Assembly (NCBI GenBank): GCA_049724395.1
Contig: JAUGWO010000095.1
Coordinates: 1 to 64,000 of the forward strand
DNA: 64,000 nt
Direction: 5' to 3'
DNA from: Spongospora subterranea f. sp. subterranea
Lineage: Eukaryota
The notes under the pieces were generated by a model that was not told the origin of the DNA, did not search any database, and saw only the letters and a program-made list of their open reading frames with translations. A program made the translations under genes and the position numbers. Of the stretch, positions 53,512 to 64,000 are shown piece after piece (the first letter of the stretch is position 1; each line of letters opens with the position of its first letter).

Positions 53512-54976
53512 TCAAAGTGCGAAAGCGACAACAACGATTGTGGCGAAGGAAATAAGCGGCAGCAGCAATGTCGCGGATCCAGTCTGAGCGGCCTTTGTCG
53601 AACTGGCTGACCCGGGACTCGCGGTGTCGCCGGTTGTAGTAGCGGGCGGTGTGGGTGCCAGCGATGGCAACGGTGCTGGACAGGCTGGTACAGCTCCAGC
53701 GGCGAGCGGCGTCTCCCAGACGTTTAACGAACTGGGACCGGAGCCTCGGCTAGTAACTGCAGCGACTCGTGCAATCACAAGTTTCGCAGGATCTAAACCA
53801 CTTAAAACCACACCTGAAACGTGACCGACGTTGACGTGTTTTGCCAAGTACGGTGGGCTATAACCAACCGCCGTCGCTGACCCAATACTCGCGAGCTGAT
53901 AGTAGACAACGTAGCCGATGATGATGTCACGTCCAGTTGCCGGGGCGTCCCATGTCAACAGGACCGAATTCAGGCCTGGCGTCATCTTCAAATTTGTTGG
54001 CTGACCGGGAGTCTCATCTGACACGCCCAGATGCAGTTCCCCCATCTGTGGTGTATAGTACAGGTCTTTCAGCGGGCTGGCGTCGAATTCTTCAATGGTT
54101 CCTGTCCATCCAGGTGGCGGTAGGGACAAGCAAACCCGTTGGTCCTCTGAGTACGTGTGCCCAATCTCGCCAGCGCACGGAGCTGGCCAGATCGCTTTGA
54201 AATAAAACATGGGTTCGGTCCAGGTCGCCGTCTCCTCTTTGCGTTTATACCAGTTGCAGTTGCCCTGAACACAGACCACATTGCCGTCGTACTGGACGTT
54301 CGGCACGTCAGTCCACGATTTGCCGTCCTTCGAAAACTGATATCTGCATTGACCCGTCACTAATTGTAAACAGTCGGCGGTCATCATATCTTCTTACTTC
54401 ATCGGCTCAAACTTCTTATCGTTATCATTAGCGTAGTATATCTACACAAAATTATGCAATATTGTTATTACAAGTCTATGGACAATTCCTTGGACCCAAA
54501 ATTAATTTCAGAGTGATAAACTATATTTTACAACTATTCACTGATAATCCAACGACAGCATAATGCAACCTCGTAAGAAACCTATTTTGTAGTGTCAAAG
54601 CTAAAATGTATGTTGTGTTTACCCGGGCCCAGAAGTTAGTGAATCCCTTGGGCACATTCCATGTGATGTTGGCTGTTGGCCAATAGGTCCCATATCGCTT
54701 GTACCGAGCTGTGTCCCAATCAATTGTCTCGGGATTTCGGGGGTCAATCACCATATCCCAATGGGCGTGGGTGTCGGTTGGCGCGTAAACGATGCCCTCG
54801 TGCGTGTCGTCGTCACATTCCTCTTTTAAAGCGCCGGCGAACACGATGGGGGTTTGACTGGTGGCGGTGTCATAGCATTGAACCTGGATGGCGTTCATAG
54901 CTGTATTCCATTCGGGATCTCCGGCCTGGACATATGCCAGCGCCATCATCACAATCAGTGCAGATTTCGCCATCAT
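53512..54976 (-). CDS. Secreted fibronectin type III protein with GPI-like C-terminus; in-frame TAA in exon 2
   Basis: Signal peptide MMAKSALIVMMALAYVQA; intron 54622-54442; FN3 PGQPTNL..VLLTWDAP..IIGYVVYY..LSGLDP..RVAAV..GSGP; Pro/Thr linker and hydrophobic tail; TAA at 54396-54394. Confidence 0.75.
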
Positions 54977-56194
54977 ATTGTCTCTGATTGGTATCAATTA
55001 CTGATCTGGCTGAGGCCAAGAAATGCTGGCCTATAATGTTCTCGTGCCCTGCCCACAGCCTGAAATTTTGATTTTTGTGTTTTCTGTTTAGTGGCACACG
55101 CGTTAGGCCATTAATATTTCCTTCCCCACTTTACCCCACCCAACGAGATTTGAGTCAGCAAAGCCCTCATCCAGCTTTTTTCAGAAAGTGTCATCGTCCT
55201 TTATACCAGACCCAGCGAGAGTTATATCGACGTATGGCGAGACCCGGGACCACGGCCGAGTCTACAGACTACAATACTGATTCCCTTTGAAAATAATACA
55301 CCATTTCCAGGGTTCAATGTCCTTGGCCAGGCCAAAAATCATACATGTTTCGTAATTGAATCCAATAGTGATTTGAAATAGATGTCACCCCTTCGTCGGC
55401 GTTGTGAAAAAACAATATTAGCTCAACGCTTTCTCTAAAGGTTCTCCCAAAATTGAATCTATCGCGAACTGGCCGCTCTTATCGTAGTCGAGTCAAGAAT
55501 TTGCAAATTATCAAAGCACTGCAAAAGCGAATGGTCAACGTCTCAAGAATATGGATTGCTCTGGGGAACGTGCGCGAAAGATAAATTGTGATGCACCAGG
55601 GGATCTAATCTATGGTTTCTAATGCAAACCGGCTGAGTAGAGGGCGAAACAGTCAACCTCCTGCTATTACATGGGACGTTGAGAACCTTTTCCGTAGGTG
55701 ATTGCGAACGTCTTGTTGGGGAGCTTTGGTGGTTCTTCTATAGCCACACATACCGTGTTGAGGAGATCATGTTGCATCGCTCATTGACATCCGACATCGC
55801 ATGCCTGTATTATACACCAAGATCCGGGTGTATTTCAAACAACAACAATTAGTCATGGATGCAGCAAGCTTGAAAGCTCTCATTCAAACGACATGACCGG
55901 GCAATTGCTATAATAACCACGATGCAACAACCTAATCATCTTAATCGCTGAGATTGCGAAAGTTGAAAGTAAAACGGTTTTTTATTCAGTTTCCGAGTCG
56001 TAATACTGTACATTGATTTGGAAACTAAGACCACGACGGCACGCGACAACGGCTAAACAAGAGAGCCAATCCGGGCAATCAAAATTGCCCTGGGCCTTCA
56101 GGTCCCAACCATTGTGAACGAATATCCCTCGTTTGCAACCATCGCGCGTCCATTGCATTCACGCTCGCTAGCAATAACTCCTTAGTTGATCGCG

Positions 56195-56440
56195 ACATTG
56201 CCATTTCCCTCGGCAGTTAGTCTCGCGTCACTGACATCCTCCTCAACAATTTGATCGCTCGGCGCTGCCATCCCCTTCAGCAGCACCTGATCGCGTTATT
56301 GCCATCCGACATCAGCACATTGCCATTTCCCTCGGCAGTTAGATTCGCGTCACTGACATCCTCCTCAACAGTTTGACCGCTCGGCGCTGCCATCCCCTTC
56401 AGCAGCACCTGATCGCGTCATTGCCATCCGACGTCAGCAG
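56195..56440. repeat. ~123-bp tandem duplication
   Basis: acattgccatttccctcggcagttag...ttgccatccgac(a/g)tcagc occurs twice. Confidence 0.85.
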
Positions 56441-56666
56441 GTGATCGCGCGTCATTGCCATCATCCTCAACAGTATACCCAGAGATACATCATCTCAGGG
56501 CAATAATTATTGCTGCGCCTTACAGAGTTAGGGGACTGGGAGGCTGCCCTCACTAATTTCTAGATAATTATTATTCTGGATTCGATCGTGCTCTTAACAC
56601 CTTGTGGTTTGGTTGACGGAGTCGGTCATCCAGTAAACCGCGGTCGGATAGCCAACTGTGCATTTG

Positions 56667-57720
56667 ATGAAGGTGAAGGTGCGAACAGTGTCCGGGCAGA
56701 CGATCGAGATCGATGATGTCAACCCAGATGGGACGGTGGCCGACCTGAAGGCCAGCGTGGCTACTCACGAATCCGTCACCCCAGACCTTGTTCGCCTGAT
56801 TTTCTCTGGACGGGAACTTGGCAACGACGAATTGTTGTCTGCCGCCGGTCTCCATAATGATTCCACAATCCATATGGTGATTAGGCAGCGCCCGGCAGCC
56901 CCTACTGGTCCAAACGCTCCTCCCGATTCCCCTGGGGGGTCTGCATCTTTCGTAGCTGTGCCGGTAATTGACCAAACTGTAGGTCGGTTCTTTGGTTTAT
57001 TCTTGTTTCTCGAATCGGTTTGCGATTTGATGATCTACTATTAACCGTTAATGCCAGTGTTTGCCTGCCGCAAGATATAGCGCAACGTTGCGACCTTTGT
57101 TAAAGCGTTTTTTCTTATTTCTGGGGAACTTGGGTTTTTTGTATACTTCAGCGTGATGTCTAATGAAACCGTTGTTCCTGATATCACGTAATTCTTTGGA
57201 TTATTCTGTGAAGTTGTCAAATCATCTCCCACTTTGTACTAACAACTGGTGTGGTAGAATGTGGATATAATGTTGGCAACATTGTCGCCACAGAGTTACG
57301 CGACTCTTCAGCTGGCGCGTTCCATTAAGATGTTTGCCGTTATCGACTGCATTTTTCTACTATTGTTTGCTTTGACTTTCCCATATTTTATCATCGGTGT
57401 GGTCCTGCCCATTGCTGGATATATTGGAGCGACGTATTTCCGAGTTTCCGGTCTATACCTCTACGATATTTACATCATAGGAAACATGGTCTTGCGCGCA
57501 TATCTCAATAGCATCCCTGGCAGCAGCGTATGGTTCATCATCCTGAACTCGTTAGGAATTGTACTTGAGGTATTATCCGAATCCGTTGGTTTTCATTGAA
57601 AATCAGTTGTTTTGCTTTTAGACGTTCATTCTCTTTCTGACACAAAAGCTAATATTTTCCATAAAGTCGCTCTCCACTGAAGAAGTCACTCAACTAAGGC
57701 GCATTGAACAAAATAGATAG
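56667..57720 (+). CDS. Ubiquitin-like domain plus multi-pass membrane protein (three exons)
   Basis: MKVKVRTVSGQTIEI..TVADLK..RLIFSGREL..L...GLHNDSTIHMVIR (UBL). Exon 2 (~57258-57569) has about four hydrophobic segments; exon 3 57622-57720 ends in TAG. Confidence 0.85.
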
Positions 57721-57846
57721 ATCGGTCAATTCTGTTGCAATAAACCGACTTAATATATTCACAGCCCGGGCACTTGATATTTGGGACCGTCTTGAAAAGT
57801 TCGATCGTACCGAGAGCAACTCCATCGATTTCCATTAATCGTTGCA

Positions 57847-60800
57847 ATGGCGTCGGCTGCTGGCGCAAAATGGTGGCATCAAGCCGAGGATCCAACCACG
57901 GAATGGCATGAATTAAAAACCGATGAAGGGTTATCGTATTGTATGGACATTTTCGTTGCTTTCATGTGGACCCTCAAGTGATCGTTAGTCCATAATGTGA
58001 GAACCAACGAAACTCAATGGGATCGCCCTAAAGAATTGATGACGGCGGAGCAAGAAGCCCAGGACGGAAGCTGGGTCTGGCTTCCGGATCCAGAGCAGTG
58101 TTTTATTCCTGCCAAAATTGAAGGTGCAGGTAGAGTCCAACAATTATTTGATAGAGACCGGATTGATACTGTGTAATAGGCGGAAACGATGGCAAAAAAA
58201 TCACGCTGCGAGCCGAATCGGGGCGCTGTGCTCAGGTCACACAGAAAGAGCTTTCTACATATGCGCAACTGCAATGGCCATCACTCCAGCGTGTCGTGTC
58301 GGATTTGACATTACTGGACGACATGAATCCAGCCCTCATATTGCATAATCTAAAACAGCGATTTGAGCGCGATCATGTAATGTTTTCGCAACACTTCTGT
58401 TAAATTTATGGACAGAGCCAATGTTTTTGGAATACATTTTCGCTTCTTGATTCTCGACCATTTCACCCTTGCGCCGATTCATAACCCGTGGGATTAAGTG
58501 CTGTACATTTAACGTTGTCGACAGATCTACACAAATATTGGCACAATTCTCATCTCTGTGAATCCATACTGTCGCCTACCACTGTACACTCCCGAGGTGA
58601 TTGACGAATATGAGAATCGCGGTGTTAAGGAAATGCCACCGCACGTATACAACATCGCACATGATGCCATTATTGGGATCAAGGTACGTTGATATTCTTA
58701 GACAATCGTAAATGGTCGATCCTTTACAGTGAAACGCTGCTAAACTGTTTCTTGATATTGCTTCTCTCTTCGTCTCGTTGACTATAATTACAGGATTCCC
58801 CTGACAATCAATCCGTGATTGTATCCGGAGAATCAGGAGCTGGAAAGACTGAAGCCACAAAACAGGTAGCTGCTCAACAGAACGGAATCGTTTTGGCTGT
58901 TCTAACGCAACCATTTAGGTTTTGTCTTACATCGCTGCCGTTTCTGGTTCTGTAAACAATGTCGAACAGAAGATCCTGCTGGCTAACCCTGTAATGACAT
59001 TCAGTCTTTTTCTGTTGCCAAAAATTCACTGATTTCTCCAGATTTTGGAAACTTTCGGGAACGCCAAGACGCTGCGCAACAATAATTCGTCAAGGTAGTG
59101 TCCTTTTTATGTTGTCTGCGAATCAAATGCAGTTGGTTTGGGATTTTCTTTTGTGCTATACTATGGGTCGCAATGGCGCCAGTTGTTGATCAATTTTTCC
59201 AGATTTGGGAAATACATTCAAGTGTTCCTGAACGCCAACGGCGAAATTGCCGGCTCGATGACGCAGAATTTCCTGCTGGAGAAGGTGCGGGTTGTCTGCC
59301 CGGCTCCCAATGAGCGCAACTTCCACATCTTCTACCAGCTGACAGAGGCGTGTTCGCCAACGGATCGTGCCAAATTCGGCCTCGGCCGGGCATGTGACTA
59401 TTTCTATACGATGCAGTCTAACTGCATGCAAGTGCCGGGAATTGACGATCAAGCTGACTATGAGGATATGATACAGGTAACGGACATGTAACGTGGATAT
59501 GACCAGAAACGTTAGACGCCAACCCCGTTTGTGAAGGCCATGAAAGCGATCGGAATGGATGACTCCGAACGAGAGGCTCTTCTGCAATGTGTTGCTGCGA
59601 TTCTGCATCTGGGCAATGTCGTATTTGAGTCGACAGGGGACAAACAATGCCAAGTGTCGAACCCGCAATCTCTTGAATGGGCAGCCAGCCTTTTTGGAGT
59701 CGACTTCGAAAGACTCACGTTCGTATTGACCAAGCGAACGTTAAAGATCCGAGGTTGGCAAATCACGCTTTTCTATCACGGTCACGAGTATGTTAGGAAA
59801 ATACAGCTTTCAGGAACTTGAGCATTGTTTATTCGGCATAATCAATAATGTCATTTTATAGGACAAGGAGACACGTGCGTGTCTCTTGGTGAGGATCAGG
59901 CTTTTGATGCGCGTGACGCCCTATCCAAATTCATATACGCGGCAATGTTCGACTGGATTGTCAGCCGTGTCAATCAATCCATGAGTGTCGGTCCAGGAGA
60001 AGCAAGTAAAGTAACTCGATCCATTGGAATCCTCGACATATTCGGTTTCGAGGTTCGAATCAGCAACTGCGGCTTTGTTGGTGTGATTCTGAGACGGGTT
60101 TCATCTAGGTCTTCGAAGTGAACTCATTCGAGCAACTATGCATCAATTTCACAAACGAGCGATTACAGCAATTTTTCAACGCAAACACGTTCAAACTGGA
60201 AGAGGAACTGTACGCCGCTGAGGGAATCGCGTTCGAGCACGTTTCGTTTGTTGATAATCAGCCCATGGTCGATCTGCTGACTCAGAAACCATTGGGAATC
60301 ATGAACCTCCTGGACGAAGAGGTCGTTATCCCGCAAGGTTCCACCCAAGAAGATCAATATTGAGCTCACACTCACAGTACATTCTTCAGGGTCCGATACA
60401 AAATTTCTGCACAAGATCGTCGAGAACCATTCGTCGAATGTGAACTTCAAGACAGGGCCGAAATCACAGGCTGATTCTTTCGTGATTGTGCACTATGCAG
60501 GACCAGTTGTCTACGACGTGACTGGGTTTTTGGAGAAAAACAGGGATACCTTGACGCCAGATGCTCTGCAACTATTGAATACCAGCGGACTTCCTTTCAT
60601 TGCCCAAATGTTCAGTAACTCGGACAACATGACGGCCAAAGATCGTAAACAGAACTCTTGGCAAACAGTAAGCCGCCGTGTATCCCAACATATGGAGCGA
60701 CTCGCAATACGTTTTCGATATGGCCAAGCGCTACGCAACTGTTTATCACGTTGCAGGCTTGACTCACATATCATCTGCACTGTCAGCTGTTGCTGAACAT

Positions 60801-63800
60801 CATATACACTCTTTCGCATTGCACCTCCTGCCGTTATGCTATGTTTGTACTGTTACTCTCCCTCAGTTCACAATGTTTCGTTGCAGTAGTTCCATATAAT
60901 GTGCAAGCAGCCCTCCACTAAGCGAATCCATTTCGCTTTAAGATTCAAAAGATGAATTGGCTCCCTGTCAATTACCGTTTTCTCATGTAGGTTTCGCAAC
61001 CAACTCGACACGCTGATGTCTACGCTGAAGGCGACGACGCCGCACTATATTCGTTGCATCAAGCCGAACGATGCGAAACTGGCCCGGACGTTTTCTCCAC
61101 GAAACTGCTACGAGCAATTACTATTTTCGGTAGGAATCCTTGTTCGCAAGCATGACAAAATTATAATCGCAAATCTCAGGGGGTGTTCGAAGCCGTTCAG
61201 ATAAAGGAAGAGGGGGTTTCCTTTCCGTCAAAAACATGCCGACTTCTTATCTAGATACAAAGTAAAATTTAAAGACTTTTTTTAATCAATGATTATCGAT
61301 CAACAGCCGCTGATAGTTTTCTGGTTTTTGCTTACAGGCCATTTTCCCAGAAAAATCTTATACATCGTGTGATGCTTTGATTCGGGATTTAGCATTAAAT
61401 GCAAACAATGTTCGGATGGGAAGAACTATGGTGCTTTATAGGTATACGATAATTCAAATTCGCTGTAAACGGCTATCACCGTGACAGTTTATAAAGGAGC
61501 GATGAGTACAAGACAATGGAATTGCGTCGGTCTATCACTGTCCGTAAAATTGAAATCGTCCAGGAGCTGCAACAGCTGATGTCGCAAGATGCTGATTCTA
61601 TGGTAAATTGTTGATTGTCTTGGTGCTTATTGGCACGCTCGATGTTTCTGCAATGTTGCTTATTGCTGTCAAATTCTGACCATGTGAATACAAGTTGAAA
61701 ACCACAGCTCAACTCTATTTTGCAGGATGGCTCTGCCCGAGATCGCTACTTCGAACGTCTGTCAAAGTCAGTTCGCACTGCGAACGAATTCAACGTTGGT
61801 CATCCGATCTATCGTACTGCTTATGAGAAACTGGTATTCTTCATCGAAAGTCGCATGGATGATGGGACTCGGTGCGTGCCGTCCCGCCACATTTACGTGA
61901 ATCCATTTAAGTAGTTTCTCGTTAGCGATCTGCTAGAAGACGCATTGCGTAAATGCAACCGCGAGTTATTGGAGTCGTCAATTCAGCAGGCAGATTCGTT
62001 TGAATACAATACCAAACTGGTGGGTAGAAGCGCATACAACGAGGTTATCGTTGATAAATCGCTCTGTAGGTGCGGCAATGCAAGAAATTATTGTCCCGAA
62101 TATTGCGCATTGATGCAGAAACTGAGTCAGCGTTGGCGCTGCTCGAAAAAGAGCATATGACCGCTGTGGTTAATTCTGCGCGTGAAATAGGATACTGGTA
62201 TACTGGATGTTTGGTTCACAAAACTCTGCCGCCAATATATGATTTTGCAGGAGTGATACAATTGCTTATTATGATCAGCTACTGGCTCTGTCTCATCGTG
62301 AACTGCTGAAAGTGCAATTGAAACAGGTGCATTTGCAATTTGGGATGGAAAAATCGTGAGTGAATCGGATTGTTCAGGCCGTCGCTGTTGGCAACACTGG
62401 CAAGGCCATTCGCCTCACGATTCAGATGAAAAACGATGTGTTCTTGCAGCAATCGGAAATGTTCGATCTTCATAAGTGCGGCATGTTAAAACCCCCTGAC
62501 GAGTGGGCATCTGAAAAGTTCCTCACAATGCATCGGTATCGCATCGATATAAAAGTTTTTTAACCCCAACATTGCAGCTTGAAGAAATTTGCGCTCTATT
62601 TAGTTGAATTTCGAATCCATTGTCTATTACAGGGTTTTGACTGTCAATGCCTAGAGATAAGCTTCGACTTGAAATGTTATCGTGGTCGGATACCGAAATT
62701 CATGCACCTCTCACGCGGCTGACAGATGGTGCTGATATGAAAGAAGCTGGGAAATCAGTATTACACGCCTTCAAATCTTTACAAGCTTATATGGGCGACC
62801 GAAAATCCGACAAAGCGTCAAGTGAAGGTCTGTTGACATATCCGTTCCAACCCTTTTGCTCAACAGACCTTTCCTGTTCATCAGGTTATTCCCTGATAAC
62901 GTTAGGTCACAGTCGCCCGGATTTGCGCGACGAGCTATATTTCTACATCTTGAAGCAATTGACAAAAAACCCTAACCCTGACTCAGTCCGCAAAGGATGG
63001 GTGATATTAGGCGGATTCATTGCGTCGTTTCCCCCGGGATCGGGTTTTGAAAACTTCTTAGAGGTCTGAAAATTGTTTGATATTTAATTTTGTAAACACA
63101 CATTTTGAGTCATATTGTTAGGTATGGTTGCGGAACAATGCTCAAAATCAGGATTATCTAGGGGCGCTGCACGCTATCTGTTATAGCGGTGCCCGACAAC
63201 TTCCGGTGACGCCGGCCGAATTGGACAATATCGTTGAGGTCTTGAGGTACGCAGACGGCATTCAGACAGCAGCGTTCTGTGTTCGGCGTTTATCCATCGT
63301 CCCTTTTGAGTTGTCATATTTTTGAAACTTTGATGCCTAGCGTTTCAAACCAATTTGGGACATCTCGTTAATTCTGATGAGGAATTTTTTATGTCATCAG
63401 GAATCGTACTTTAGAGTACGCTGAGCCCCTGCCAACTGGAACACCACCGTACGAAGATCTCTTGACTCCATTTGACCTGTCTGTGGACGAAATCGAGTTT
63501 CGACGCAAGGCGCCTGGTCCGGCTGCCAGTTCTCAGAAACAAGCGAAAGTCGCCACCCCGGTTACAGTCTCCGTAACCGCTGGTGCCGTTGAAGGCAAAT
63601 CGTCTCCAACGGTATTTCAACTCCTCGTCGAATTTCACTCGCATTTGCAAATCAAAAGTTTGCTCTGCTTTTTTTGGAGATATGTTACTGTGTTACACTG
63701 AATTCATTATGTATTCAACTTGCATACACTAATTGACATGATTGGCAGCGCTCACGAGCTCACGACTCTCGAGCGTCTCAAGCTGCGCTATTCCAGTCCA

Positions 63801-64000
63801 AGGTTTGGCGTGAAACATACCTTACACAAAAACAGCGAGTAAATCTTAACGTTGAGATGACAGGCGAAGATGAAACAGCGTATGTCGTCCCGACATCAAA
63901 CTACCTGGCAAGCGATCGTCGATGCGAACACGAAGGCTACTTACTTCTGGAATTCTGCTACGGGCGAATCGACCTGGGAAATGCCTGCGGTAATTCCATT
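57847..64000 (+). CDS. Unconventional myosin with N-terminal WW, motor, MyTH4 and C-terminal WW (class IV-like); 3' end outside the window
   Basis: [73 protein letters not shown]; MyTH4 [24 protein letters not shown] motifs [22 protein letters not shown] and [28 protein letters not shown]. Confidence 0.93.

Noticed and set aside
54394..54396. Stop-codon reassignment (TAA as a sense codon)
   Set aside because: Single instance; TAA terminates other intact genes in the window.

Overview
Eukaryotic genomic DNA, probably from a protist: it has short GT-AG introns and a WW/MyTH4 myosin. A plasmodiophorid-like rhizarian is plausible but cannot be established from the sequence. The window has two compartments. 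(1) About 1-47 kb is a transposon graveyard (Gypsy and Copia RT fragments, three MULE remnants, a Penelope-like RT, two Harbinger transposases, a ~3 kb 102-bp satellite, a split CRESS-DNA-virus Rep). It hosts seven copies of a two-exon gene for signal peptide + PA-like domain + seven TM helices: three intact, two with one frameshift, one decayed and truncated, and one disrupted by an LTR element with a 5-bp TSD. It also hosts a multi-exon LRR-CUB-Lys/Thr stalk-TM receptor whose LRR exons are invisible in the ORF track. (2) About 47.7-64 kb is gene-dense: DDX41, a DUF1764-type protein, a TA-flanked TIR element carrying a SHOCT ORF, an FN3 GPI-type surface protein with an in-frame stop, a ubiquitin-like membrane protein, and a class IV-like myosin running off the end. 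All domain calls come from motif recognition by eye, not database searches.
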